Below are positions 38,263 through 48,225 of a stretch of DNA of 64,000 nt, one piece after another. Both the position numbers and the translations under genes were made by a program. A model generated the notes under the pieces. The model was not told the origin of the DNA. It did not search any database and saw only the letters and a program-made list of their open reading frames with translations. This DNA comes from Lachnospiraceae bacterium (lineage in GTDB: Bacteria; Bacillota; Clostridia; Lachnospirales; Lachnospiraceae), in NCBI GenBank assembly GCA_017433725.1, contig JAFRGQ010000075.1, positions 277 through 64,276 on the forward strand. Direction: 5' to 3'. Positions within the stretch are counted from its first letter, which is position 1. Each line of letters opens with the position of its first letter.

Positions 38263-39138
38263 TCACCTGGGTTCGCGGCCTTCCTTAAAAATCTTCATCA
38301 TCTCATTGGTCAATGACAAATCATCGGGTTGCAGAATGATGTCCTCCCTGGCTGTCCATTCACCGATCCTGAGTTCATTGGTATCCAGATGTATGGTCGG
38401 ATCCCCATCCAGATCGCAGAAATATCCTGCCAGTATGTTGTCGGCTACGCCCCACGGCTGGGACTTGTAGTATCGGATATTTTTCACCCTGATGCCGGCT
38501 TCCTCCATGACTTCGCGCTCCACAGTTCCCTCGAACGTCTCCCCAATCTCCGTGAAGCCTGCGATCAGCGCGTAGTAGGCGTACAGACGACCTCTGTATT
38601 TCGTCAGTAGAATGCGGTCCCCGTTCGTCACGCCGACGATGACCGCCGGAGCGATGCGCGGGTAAATGATTCGTCCGCATTCCGGGCAAATGATCGATCT
38701 CTCAACATCGCCATGCACCGTTCTGCTTCCGCAGGTACCGCAGAACACGTTGTCCCGATACCAGCCTGCAAGCTGCTGAGCCGTGAAGGCGGCGTACGTC
38801 AGAAGGCGGTCCATCTGTCCTTCATTTCGAAGCTCATGGACGGTTTTAAACGTGCAGTCTGCGGGCGTCGGAAAACTCTCCGGCGTTGCACACGTTTCAT
38901 TCGCCGCACTGCTTTGCGGCTCAGTAATCAGGAAATACTCCGTCTCATCGATGGCAAAGAGGTATGTGCACTCTGCTTCTGCCGGAAATTCGGCCCTGAG
39001 AGGCAGCTCCACCTTGTCATCGCGGATCCTGAACAGCATTTCTCTCCCTCTGAATAAAAAACACCGGCTGCCCGCCCTGGCGGACTTTTCCGGTATATAC
39101 TCGTTCCGCAGCTTGTGCGGTGCTATGTCCTGAATCAT
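38263..39138 (-). CDS. nudC: NADH pyrophosphatase (Nudix)
   Basis: FCGTCG...CPECG zinc ribbon, YPRIAPAVIV, Nudix box GFTEIGETFEGTVEREVMEEAG, SQPW. Confidence 0.93.
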   Translation of the reverse strand: MIQDIAPHKLRNEYIPEKSARAGSRCFLFRGREMLFRIRDDKVELPLRAEFPAEAECTYLFAIDETEYFLITEPQSSAANETCATPESFPTPADCTFKTVHELRNEGQMDRLLTYAAFTAQQLAGWYRDNVFCGTCGSRTVHGDVERSIICPECGRIIYPRIAPAVIVGVTNGDRILLTKYRGRLYAYYALIAGFTEIGETFEGTVEREVMEEAGIRVKNIRYYKSQPWGVADNILAGYFCDLDGDPTIHLDTNELRIGEWTAREDIILQPDDLSLTNEMMKIFKEGREPR

Positions 39139-39237
39139 TTATACTCCTTTTTCCCCGGTCAGGGTGCCGATGCTCGTCACCGTGTTATGTCACCTATGAT
39201 AGCATCAGACCTGACCGTTGTCACGCAGAAAAACGAA

Positions 39238-40854
39238 TCACGTCTCCCCCAGCTCGAATATCTCCTCCTGCAGCTTTCTTCTCCTGTCTTTGAGCAGAAG
39301 AAGCTCGTTGTAACGGAAATACTCCTCATTTCCGTGTTCGTTAATGAATTTCATCGTGTAATATCCTGACGCGATCTCCGACAGGAAGATCACCATCTCC
39401 TGCCCTTCCCCATGCACCAGCTTTACGAACCGGAACGCATTCGAGATATGAGCGTCCGTCATCCTGACCATCTCCTTGCGCGCTTTCTCGCGCTCGGAAA
39501 ACCAGACTTTCACGATTCCGTAATCACCGTCTATATCCCCTGTCGCGGTCTTCGCCAGATGGCTGAGCAGCTCCTGCAGAGCGTTTGCCGCAGCACGTCC
39601 CATGCGTTCCTCTTTAACGGACAGCATGCGGGCTTTCTTCCTTGCTTCACGTGTATCCGTAAACTCCTCTGCGAGTCTGCTGAGGATGCCGGAGACAGAC
39701 TCCTGCCCGATAAGATTCGGCTCTGAAGACTCCGTCAGAAGCCCCTGCTGCCCGCCTTCAGTGTTTTGTTCCGTATCCGAACCCGTGCTCACGGCCTTTT
39801 CTTTCACGATCCTCAGTTCCCCCTGAAGTTTCTTCAGGATCGTAAAAATCTCCTTCTGTACACTCTTTCCCTCGTCCACTGCCGCCGCATCCTGCGTCAG
39901 ACCGGATGCAAGAAGCCCGATCAGTGTAATTTTCTCATCAAATGCCGCTTTCCTGAACGTCTCCGTCTCCGCCGGGAAATCTCCGTTCAGAATATCCGGA
40001 ATCTTATACAGATTCCTGTATTTGTTCCAGAGTTCATAATAAACGGTGAAGCTCCCCGCAATTTCCGGATCCTGAAGAAAAGCACTGACCATCGTCCTGC
40101 CTACCGGCTGCTTCAGGGATTCATATACCTTGATGGAATCGGAGAGGTCCTCCCAGGCGCGGGCGGTGACGAAGTGCCGGCCGTCGGCGTCATTTGTCAC
40201 AGAATAAAAATGCTCACCGCGGATCTCCAGATAAGAGATAACGGCCCCGTGAACTCCGTTCATACGCGCATATTCTTTCCAAACGCCGAAATCAGACTCC
40301 ACGTCGAGCCGTTTCACACGGTCAAGGGTCACGATATCGAAATCGCGGACAGAGCGATTGTACTCGGGCGGATTGCCTGCAGTCACGATGACAAAGCCCT
40401 CCGGCACCCGATGGGTTCCGAATGTCTTGTACTGCAGGAACTGCAGCATAGTCGGCGCGAGCGTCTCGGATACGCAGTTAATTTCATCGAGAAAAAGGAT
40501 TCCCTCGGACACGCCGCTGCGCTCGATCTGATCATAGACCGACGCGACGATCTCACTCATAGTATACTCTGTGACGGAGTATTCTTCCCCGCCGTAGTCC
40601 CGCTTTGCGATGAACGGAAGACCGATCGCGCTCTGGCGTGTGTGATGCGTGATCGTGTACGAAACGAGGCCGATGCCGAGTTCTTCCGCAATCTGCCTCA
40701 TGACGGCGGTCTTCCCGATGCCGGGAGCCCCAATCATGAGGACCGGACGCTGGCGCTCGGCGGGTATCAGGGGAGCGCCGGTCTCGTCCTTGGCGAGATA
40801 AGCTTTGATCGTGTATATGATTTCCTGTTTTGCTTCCTTTATGTTCACAGTCAT
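39238..40854 (-). CDS. MoxR-like AAA+ ATPase
   Basis: GAPGIGKT, LFLDEIN, TAGNP, TARAWEDLS; GTG start after GGAGGA. Confidence 0.88.
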   Translation of the reverse strand: MTVNIKEAKQEIIYTIKAYLAKDETGAPLIPAERQRPVLMIGAPGIGKTAVMRQIAEELGIGLVSYTITHHTRQSAIGLPFIAKRDYGGEEYSVTEYTMSEIVASVYDQIERSGVSEGILFLDEINCVSETLAPTMLQFLQYKTFGTHRVPEGFVIVTAGNPPEYNRSVRDFDIVTLDRVKRLDVESDFGVWKEYARMNGVHGAVISYLEIRGEHFYSVTNDADGRHFVTARAWEDLSDSIKVYESLKQPVGRTMVSAFLQDPEIAGSFTVYYELWNKYRNLYKIPDILNGDFPAETETFRKAAFDEKITLIGLLASGLTQDAAAVDEGKSVQKEIFTILKKLQGELRIVKEKAVSTGSDTEQNTEGGQQGLLTESSEPNLIGQESVSGILSRLAEEFTDTREARKKARMLSVKEERMGRAAANALQELLSHLAKTATGDIDGDYGIVKVWFSEREKARKEMVRMTDAHISNAFRFVKLVHGEGQEMVIFLSEIASGYYTMKFINEHGNEEYFRYNELLLLKDRRRKLQEEIFELGET

Positions 40855-40962
40855 CCTCCGTTAGATTTAAGCCTGCACTCTTATAATAACCGACTCAAAC
40901 TTCCTGTTTCATATCAAAATGCAGTCGGACGGCCACTCCCTGCGGCCTGTATCGGAATCAGA

Positions 40963-42543
40963 TCACTTTCTGCCTTGATATTCAATCCTGTCTCCCTCCC
41001 CGAGATACACCTTCACGCACCAGTCCGGAACATGCTTCTCGAAAAAGTTCTCATCCGACCTGAACACAAAAACTGTTTCATACTTTGTCGGTACAGTCGG
41101 ATAAATCCCTGCTCCGTCGGTAAAGTACAGGAGTCCCCGCAGATTCTTCAGGTGTCCCTCCGCCCTGAGCTTCTCCACATATTCAAATGCCGGTCGGAAA
41201 TCTGTCCCGAATCCCCCGCTGACCTCGAATGTCTCGAGATACTTTTGCATCTCCTGAGGGGATCTGATCAGAATATCTTTCTGTACCTGATTATCGCACT
41301 CAAGAATTCTGAGTTCAATACGGTGGAAAAATGTTTCCCTGCTGCGCAGAATAGATGCTGTCTCATTCAGAAAATGCTGCACCAGACTTGCCTGCGTCGA
41401 TGCAGAAGTATCAATGACGATAACCAGTTCCTCAACTTTTTTGGACTCGCGATACTCGTTCTCCTCCATGAGCGGCATATTCCCATAGAGTTCCATTCCG
41501 TAATTGTAGAATCCGTAGTCAAATGAATCCGGATCCACCCGTGCTTCCTCCCTCACGTAAGCATAGCGCTTAAGGAAGTCGCGATAACTCATCCGCTTAC
41601 GATTCTGCACCGCAAGAATTCGGGTGAGCGTTCCCGTCATCTGACTCAGATGTCTGCCGGAGTTCTCAAGTTCCGCCATCATCCGCTCAGACCGGTTTTG
41701 CCAGGACTTTTCGAGGTCCTCCCTCTGCTTTCCTTCCGGGTCCTGCGAAGGAGCCTCTTTTTCCTTATCGGGATTCTTCTTTTCCTTCTCTGTCAGCTCT
41801 TCCCAGAATCCATGGTCACACAGCGTAAATTCGATGACCAGTTTCTCCTCCGAGACGGGATCCGGCGGGTTTTCCATGAAATATCGATAAATCTTCTCCG
41901 CCGTCAGGACTTTCATCTCCGCGCCGAGTCTATCATACCATTCTGCGCGGAAGTCCGGCAGAACACGGCTTACGGCCGGGCAGTCTTCCAGAGAATCAAT
42001 GATGGACTCCACGGCGATGTCGCAGGAGAGGTTCCACAGAAGACGGTCCGGTTCTCTGAAGGAGTTCTCGTTGCGGGCGGCATCTGTAAATTCCTTCAGA
42101 ATGGAAAGTGCAGATGCAGTGCCTTCTTCAGAGACACCCGCCACAGGAGCTGCATCGGCATCTGCAACTTCTTTCAGCAGGGAAAATACAGGTGTAATGC
42201 CTTTATCGTAGGCATCCGCTGCCGGCTCTGCTCCGTCTTCAAGAGGGGTAGGAACTGCCACCCGCGGGATTTCCGCCATGGGATGCAAAAGCAGGCAGTG
42301 CAGAATGATATGCAGATAGATCCTGGCCATCCACTTCGGTTCCTGCAGAAATGTCTGCATCAGAAATCTCGGGTTGTAACGCATGAACTCTGCGTCAGTT
42401 CCGATGCTTGTGGTCGACAGGTCCATCTGCCAGGGCAGCGAGTCCAGCGATTCACCGAGAAAGTGCAGCGAAAGATACAGATCCGTGCGGGTCTGTTCAA
42501 GAATTTTCTCACTGATTTCTCTCAATCGTTCTGTTGCGTGCAT
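40963..42543 (-). CDS. DUF2201-type metallopeptidase-like + vWA domain protein
   Basis: GTD, LHIILHCLLLH, WNLSCDIAVE, DHGFW; MIDAS IDTSAS, GFGTDFRPAF, YFTDG.G. Confidence 0.85.
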   Translation of the reverse strand: MHATERLREISEKILEQTRTDLYLSLHFLGESLDSLPWQMDLSTTSIGTDAEFMRYNPRFLMQTFLQEPKWMARIYLHIILHCLLLHPMAEIPRVAVPTPLEDGAEPAADAYDKGITPVFSLLKEVADADAAPVAGVSEEGTASALSILKEFTDAARNENSFREPDRLLWNLSCDIAVESIIDSLEDCPAVSRVLPDFRAEWYDRLGAEMKVLTAEKIYRYFMENPPDPVSEEKLVIEFTLCDHGFWEELTEKEKKNPDKEKEAPSQDPEGKQREDLEKSWQNRSERMMAELENSGRHLSQMTGTLTRILAVQNRKRMSYRDFLKRYAYVREEARVDPDSFDYGFYNYGMELYGNMPLMEENEYRESKKVEELVIVIDTSASTQASLVQHFLNETASILRSRETFFHRIELRILECDNQVQKDILIRSPQEMQKYLETFEVSGGFGTDFRPAFEYVEKLRAEGHLKNLRGLLYFTDGAGIYPTVPTKYETVFVFRSDENFFEKHVPDWCVKVYLGEGDRIEYQGRK

Positions 42544-42569
42544 CTAAGCTCCTTACTATTTATTCTTCA

Positions 42570-43472
42570 TTACAAATCGTCCAGATCAAACGAATCTTCG
42601 TCTTCCGCATCTGTCAGTGCTTCGCTCCTTTGCCTCATAAGCATCCCGACAAGCTCGGCGTCGCCCTGCCCGCTGGCCAGAAGCACAGCATTTCCGGCTG
42701 CCTCAGCGGACGCATAGCCCCGATCGAGCAGGAACATAGCCCTCTCCCTGTCATGCTCACGAACAAGTCTGAGAAGGATCTCCTGACCATGGTCTCTCAG
42801 GTACTTCTCATATTTGTCTCCGGCTGTGTCCTTCATGCTGCACGGAGACATGAGTCGCGCGAGCGCGATATTTGCAGCATTCTGAACTCCTCCGACGCCG
42901 TCCGCCATAGCCCGGGTAAAAAGCTGGTCATATCCCCGGAAATCTATACCGTTTCGCATGACGGTCTCGCGGTAGGCAAAACCGCAACCTTCGATCCATG
43001 TGTGAAATTGACGCGCATAGGTATCCTCATCGAAACCGTTGGTGAATGCGGGAAAGTACAGTTCAGCCTCGTATTCCGGTTCCGTGATCCTCACATAAAG
43101 CCCCTTATCCGTGTCATTCAGCATATCCCTGAGAATCGAATATCGCCTGCGCATGACCGTCAGTCGGATCTCAGACAGTTTTCCGCAGAAGTAGATTGCT
43201 CCGGTGCCCCAGCTCTCGGCCATGTCGGTGAGTGAGATCATCTGCAGGTTCGGACAGCCGTAGAAAGCAAATATCCCGATGGCTCTCACGCTCTCCGGCA
43301 GAAAAATCTGCTCGATCGTCTCATTCTTTTCAAATGCATGTGCTCCGATGATCCGCACCGGCTTCCCGTCAAGTGTCGGCGGTATGCGGAGAATGCGGGA
43401 AGCGTCTGTCACTCCCGTTATTTCGATATACTGCTGCCCATTGTCATCCCTGCAGGTGTAGATAAATTCCAT
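42570..43472 (-). CDS. BspA-type leucine-rich-repeat protein with a helical C-terminus
   Basis: IPPTLDGKPVRIIGAHAF, LPESVRAIGIFAFYGCPNL; GAGG RBS before MEFIY. Confidence 0.8.
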   Translation of the reverse strand: MEFIYTCRDDNGQQYIEITGVTDASRILRIPPTLDGKPVRIIGAHAFEKNETIEQIFLPESVRAIGIFAFYGCPNLQMISLTDMAESWGTGAIYFCGKLSEIRLTVMRRRYSILRDMLNDTDKGLYVRITEPEYEAELYFPAFTNGFDEDTYARQFHTWIEGCGFAYRETVMRNGIDFRGYDQLFTRAMADGVGGVQNAANIALARLMSPCSMKDTAGDKYEKYLRDHGQEILLRLVREHDRERAMFLLDRGYASAEAAGNAVLLASGQGDAELVGMLMRQRSEALTDAEDEDSFDLDDL

Positions 43473-43518
43473 TTTTTCCTCACTGTATGAGAAGGGCTGC
43501 CGCATTCAGGCACAAAAA

Positions 43519-43566
43519 CCACTGCGCATATCAGATTATTTTACAATTCTCTGATATGCACAGTGG
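43519..43566 (-). terminator. Terminator after the small double-glycine-leader gene
   Basis: CCACTGCGCATATCAGA/TCTGATATGCACAGTGG stem; TTTTT follows on the minus strand. Confidence 0.75.
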
Positions 43567-43616
43567 TGACATTGCCATCTGCAGCAGCCCCTTCTCATCT
43601 GTTTAGCTTTCAGGTC

Positions 43617-43883
43617 TTACCTGGTAGCATTTCTCAGCTTCATCACAAGATTCTGAACCCGAACATCATTTGCATTGCTGAACACTCGCCTGCCGCCTTC
43701 CTTAAGGAGCTGGTCTCTCTCAGCACTGAGAGCCTTATAGGCTTCCGGATCTTTTCTGCTAAGAATGTCAAGATCCGTTTCGATCTGGTACTTCAGCATG
43801 GAACCGCCAAACGCGCTGGTGCCGCCGAGGACCTGATTAAGCTCATTGTCCGAAATTTCTCTGTTCTTTGAATAAAGTGGCAT
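43617..43883 (-). CDS. Small hypothetical protein with a double-glycine-type leader
   Basis: GAAGGGAG RBS, its own terminator, leader ...EISDNELNQVLGG. Confidence 0.72.
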   Translation of the reverse strand: MPLYSKNREISDNELNQVLGGTSAFGGSMLKYQIETDLDILSRKDPEAYKALSAERDQLLKEGGRRVFSNANDVRVQNLVMKLRNATR

Positions 43884-44150
43884 GATTCTCTCCCTTCCCG
43901 TCCTGTTAGAAATTCATACGCGCTGCTGTTTACAATAATATCACTATTATCGGAACCGCTTCGCGAACCCGATAATCATATGAGATATGAAATATATTAT
44001 ACACTATTTTTTGCGCATGAAAACAGACGATATTGAAATTGATATACGTTTTCCTCTTTCTGCACAGTTATTACAAGCAAAATCAGAGGTTCTCTACCTT
44101 TTTATACGATGAACAGATGGCCTGCGGCTCATAATTTCCTCAAACTTTTT

Positions 44151-44179
44151 TTCACTTTTTGCACCCTCTGTGCTATCAT
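44151..44179 (+). promoter_or_regulatory. Putative sigma-A promoter of ddh
   Basis: TTCACT-17 nt-TATCAT with an extended TG. Confidence 0.55.
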
Positions 44180-44275
44180 GTCTATATGTTTACGGAAGCA
44201 CCTCAGCAAGCCGGGTTCGCTTCTTATGAACCGGGTAAGCAGGGTCTTTCCGTCTGAAAAGGAGGAAAAATTATT

Positions 44276-45262
44276 ATGAGCATTCGAATCGGCATCTTAG
44301 GATACGGCAATCTCGGACGCGGCGTTGAGAGCGCCATCCGTCAGAACCCCGATATGGAACTCGTGGCCGTCTTCACAAGAAGAAATCCCGAGAATCTCAA
44401 GATTCGTACGGAAGGCGTCGCTGTTCTGAACGTGGCAGATGCACCGGACTACACAGACAAAATTGACGTCATGATCCTCTGCGGCGGCAGCGCAACCGAT
44501 CTGCCGACTCAGACACCGGAGTACGTAAAGCTCTTCAATGTCATCAACAGCTTTGACACGCACGCAAGAATCCCGGAGCATTTCGCCGATGTGGACAAAG
44601 CCGCAAAAGAAGGCGGTAAAGTAGGCATTATTTCTCTCGGCTGGGATCCGGGCATGTTCTCCCTGAACAGAATGATCTCCACCATGATCCTCCCGGAAGG
44701 CAACAACTACACTTTCTGGGGCCGCGGCGTAAGTCAGGGACATTCAGATGCAGTTCGCCGCATTGAAGGCGTCATCGATGCAAGGCAGTATACCGTACCG
44801 GTACCGGAAGCGGTCGACAAAGTCAGAAACGGTGAGAACCCGACTTTCGTGACACGCGACATGCATACGAGAGAAGTCTTCGTCGTAGCGGAAGAGGGTG
44901 CCGACAAGGCCCGCATCGAGAAGGAAATCGTCGAGATGCCCAACTACTTCGCGGATTACAACACGACCGTAACATTTATCTCTGCCGAGGAGATGAAGGC
45001 TAATCACAGCGAACTCCCGCACGGCGGATTCGTCATCCGCAGCGGCGTGAGCGGATTTGATAAAGAGCACAAGCAGATTATCGAGTACAACTTAAAGCTC
45101 GATTCCAACCCGGAATTCACAGGCAGCATCCTCGTAGCATATGCCCGCGCGGCTTACAGACTGGCTGCGGAAGGCCAGACCGGCTGCAAGACTATCTTTG
45201 ATATCGCACCGGCTTACCTCAGCCCGCTCAGCGGTGAGGAGCTGAGAGCTCATCTGCTTTAA
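44276..45262 (+). CDS. ddh: meso-Diaminopimelate D-dehydrogenase
   Basis: GYGNLG, CGGSATDL, SFDTHA, GWDPG, TFWGRGVSQGHSDA, HGG, SNPEFT. Confidence 0.95.
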   Translation: MSIRIGILGYGNLGRGVESAIRQNPDMELVAVFTRRNPENLKIRTEGVAVLNVADAPDYTDKIDVMILCGGSATDLPTQTPEYVKLFNVINSFDTHARIPEHFADVDKAAKEGGKVGIISLGWDPGMFSLNRMISTMILPEGNNYTFWGRGVSQGHSDAVRRIEGVIDARQYTVPVPEAVDKVRNGENPTFVTRDMHTREVFVVAEEGADKARIEKEIVEMPNYFADYNTTVTFISAEEMKANHSELPHGGFVIRSGVSGFDKEHKQIIEYNLKLDSNPEFTGSILVAYARAAYRLAAEGQTGCKTIFDIAPAYLSPLSGEELRAHLL

Positions 45263-45341
45263 TCTCCGACTCAGAATTTTCGTGACATGAGTCTATGATG
45301 AATGCGCAAAATGAAACATGTCTCTGAAAGAAGGAAATTAC

Positions 45342-45986
45342 ATGCACAAACTCATGACCTCCCGCGATCTCGCGAAAATATCCTGTAAAGCCTGTAACGG
45401 GTGCGGTGAATGCTGCCATGGCATGGATGACACGATTCATCTCGATCCCTATGACATATACATGCTCACAGGCAATCTGAACAAAAGTTTTTCCGATCTC
45501 GTCAACGTGCGGGTCGGTCTCCGCGTTGAAAACGGCCTTGTTCTCCCCTATCTACTTATGCGCGGGGAAAATGTATGCTGTACTTTCCTCAGGGATGACG
45601 GCCGCTGCGGGATTCATGCGTTTCGTCCCGGATTCTGCCGGCTCTTCCCGCTCGGCCGTGAATACGACGGCAAAACCTTCCGCTATTTTGTAACGGACGG
45701 CGGCTGCAATATTCCCGGCAAGACAAAGGTCCGCATTGACAGATATCTGGAGATTCCGGACCTGAAGAGATACGAGGCATTTGTCACGACATGGCATTAC
45801 TTCAGAAAGTCGCTTGAGGAGTTCCTGCACGAGAAACAGGATGCAGAGCTCAACCAGCGGATCGCCCTGTTCGTCCTCGAGATGTTCTTCGAGCGGTCTT
45901 ACAATACAGACGGAGATTTTTATATACAGTTCGACAGGAGATTACACCTTGCAAAAAGTGCGCTGTCCGATTATCTGAATTCCTGA
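45342..45986 (+). CDS. YkgJ-family cysteine-cluster protein
   Basis: CKACNGCGECC, CTFL..DGRCGIHAFRPGFCRLFP; start may be 45318 or 45342. Confidence 0.85.
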   Translation: MHKLMTSRDLAKISCKACNGCGECCHGMDDTIHLDPYDIYMLTGNLNKSFSDLVNVRVGLRVENGLVLPYLLMRGENVCCTFLRDDGRCGIHAFRPGFCRLFPLGREYDGKTFRYFVTDGGCNIPGKTKVRIDRYLEIPDLKRYEAFVTTWHYFRKSLEEFLHEKQDAELNQRIALFVLEMFFERSYNTDGDFYIQFDRRLHLAKSALSDYLNS

Positions 45987-45990
45987 TACT

Positions 45991-46036
45991 TTGCGGCACC
46001 TTCAAGAACGTAGAAGCATTCCTGAAGGTGCCGCAA
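45991..46036. terminator. 14-bp perfect inverted repeat between convergent genes
   Basis: TTGCGGCACCTTCA...TGAAGGTGCCGCAA. Confidence 0.6.
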
Positions 46037-46121
46037 GTGTTGTACATCAATTTGTAAATTAACGACAGAAATTCAATGAATCCGCGGGTATTGCACACCA
46101 CTTTGTAAATCATTATCAGAT

Positions 46122-47366
46122 TCAGTGAATCACTTCATATTTATAATCCGACTGATAATCATCAGCGATTCCTTCTGTCACATACATCTTATTCTTATCC
46201 GTCATCATGATCATCTGGAACTCATCCCGATGCGCTCTCCAGTACTCCGTCGCCTTTTCCGGACCGCACACATACATGGCCGTCGAAAGCGCATCCGCCA
46301 TCGTTCCGTTCTCACATACGATCGTGACGGAAGCATCCACCGAAAATCCGTTGTCAGCCGGATGACCGGTCTTCGGATCAATGATGTGATGATAGACATT
46401 TCCTTCGGCATCCCTGAAATTGCGCTCATAACCTCCGGATGTAATGACCGCACAGTCCTCCACAGTCAAAATCCCGAGAAATCCGCCTTTGTTGCGGTCA
46501 TTGAGAGCGATGCGCCATTTGCTCCCGTTCGGTTTTCTGCCGACCGCCTGAATATTTCCACCCAGATCCATGATCGCACTCGTGATTCCGTTCTCCCGCA
46601 GGATCTCGGCAACCGACTGGGAAGCATATCCTTTCGCAATACCGCCGAAATCGATCTTCATGCCATCCGGCAGCGTGACCTCACCGGTCTCCTCATGGAA
46701 TTCAATCTTCGAGCAATCGACCTTCTTCAGCACTTCCTGAATGTCCGCTTCCGACGGAGCTTCACGGGTCTCCTCCGAAGCCGGCTCGCTCTCTTTTCCG
46801 CTCCCGGTCTCTCCCTTCTTCGCTTTCTCCTTCACTTTCTGCTCAGCTTCCTCAATCGCCTCCTCCAGACCGGCGTCATAAAGGTTCGTGAATCCCCAGA
46901 GTTCCATGAGCGGATAAATCGACACATCGAACGCCCCGTCTGTCTGCCGGTAAAAATCGAGACTTGTCTTCAGGAGAAATGAGGCGTCGTCGCCGAGCTT
47001 TTCAGAACCTGACGCATTCAGTTTGCCGATTTCGCTCTCCGGATTGCCCGTCGAGAGCAGTGCATCCAGCGATTTGATCTTCTCTTCGCCGAGCGCAAGT
47101 GCCTCGTCAGCGTTATCTCCGTAGGCCTGCAGTCTCATGTACGGTACAGTCATGACGTCGTACAGTTCAAGTACGACCGGTTCTCCGATATTCTGCTTCC
47201 CGGTACTTTCCTGCTTTTTAACATTTTCGGCTGCGCTCTCATCAGCCTGCACGATTCCGGAACTCTCCTTTCCGCTTAGCGAGTAATCGCAACCGGACAG
47301 TGCCATGATTGCTGCCATGAGCAGAGCGGCCGCTTTTCCTGTTCTGTTAAAAATCCTGTTTTTCAT
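46122..47366 (-). CDS. apbE: FAD:protein FMN transferase lipoprotein
   Basis: Lipobox LSGC; DFGGIAKGY, LGGN, TSGGYER, HHIIDPKTG, ADALSTA; GGAGG before MKNRIF. Confidence 0.92.
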   Translation of the reverse strand: MKNRIFNRTGKAAALLMAAIMALSGCDYSLSGKESSGIVQADESAAENVKKQESTGKQNIGEPVVLELYDVMTVPYMRLQAYGDNADEALALGEEKIKSLDALLSTGNPESEIGKLNASGSEKLGDDASFLLKTSLDFYRQTDGAFDVSIYPLMELWGFTNLYDAGLEEAIEEAEQKVKEKAKKGETGSGKESEPASEETREAPSEADIQEVLKKVDCSKIEFHEETGEVTLPDGMKIDFGGIAKGYASQSVAEILRENGITSAIMDLGGNIQAVGRKPNGSKWRIALNDRNKGGFLGILTVEDCAVITSGGYERNFRDAEGNVYHHIIDPKTGHPADNGFSVDASVTIVCENGTMADALSTAMYVCGPEKATEYWRAHRDEFQMIMMTDKNKMYVTEGIADDYQSDYKYEVIH

Positions 47367-47631
47367 ATCTCTACCGACGCCTCCGGAAAATCTCTTTTTG
47401 CTCTTCTTAGCACACTTCTCACTCCGCACTTCACACACTTCCACCGTCAATCAAAAACGTCATGGCATTCTTGATCTGACTGCCGGGGCATTGCTTTTGA
47501 AAAGGTACGGTCTATAAAAGATATTAGAAAATCCGACGCGTTTTGTCAAATTCGTTTACTATGATACCCCTGTGTTGTAAAATATTGCTACCTGTACGGT
47601 TGACGTAAAATGAAGAAAAGGAATATTCACC

Positions 47632-48222
47632 ATGAACAACCCGAGCAAAGATATCCGATATGCCCAGACCGAAGAAGATCTCCTGACGGCTTTCGATCTT
47701 CTCTGCCGCGAAAAAGATCCTGCAAAAATAACAGTTGCTGAGGTATCTAAAAAGACCGGCGTGACCCGCAGCACCTTCTATAACCATTATCAGGATATGC
47801 TGCAGCTCATCGAAACATTGGAAAATCGTATTTTGAACGATCTCCGCGGCGTACTTGTCATGCTGCAGCCCGGCTCCGAACAACCCGAGAAACTCACAAG
47901 AACATATTTTTCTGCTCTCTGCCGCTATGTCAAGAAGAGCGGATTTTTGATCCGACAGCTGAACACTTTGGAAGGAGCTGAATTCGTCGGACGCGCAATC
48001 AGCCTGCTGCATGAGTATGTGCGGGAATTTGCCGATGCAGAAACAACAGAAACACCCGCCCGTATCCAGTTTCAGTCTTACCTCCTCTCATACACGATCG
48101 GCGGTCTATTCGGTATATTACACAAATGGGCCTCCGAAGAATGCAATGACTCCCCGGAGGCCGTAGCTTCGCTTCTCACACGTTTTTATCTGAACGGTGT
48201 TTCTTCTTTTATTGTTTTTTGA
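47632..48222 (+). CDS. TetR-family regulator
   Basis: ITVAEVSKKTGVTRSTFYNHY helix-turn-helix. Confidence 0.9.
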   Translation: MNNPSKDIRYAQTEEDLLTAFDLLCREKDPAKITVAEVSKKTGVTRSTFYNHYQDMLQLIETLENRILNDLRGVLVMLQPGSEQPEKLTRTYFSALCRYVKKSGFLIRQLNTLEGAEFVGRAISLLHEYVREFADAETTETPARIQFQSYLLSYTIGGLFGILHKWASEECNDSPEAVASLLTRFYLNGVSSFIVF

Positions 48223-48225
48223 ATC

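Noticed and set aside
39766-42717. 586-aa and 355-aa plus-strand ORFs
   Set aside because: Antisense shadows of the MoxR and vWA genes, with no domain motifs.
43884-44275. Lysine riboswitch, T-box or SRP RNA upstream of ddh
   Set aside because: The predicted leader is ~90 nt and lacks the L-box, T-box (AGGGTGGNACCGCG) and SRP (CAGG.CCGGAAGG.AGCA) motifs.
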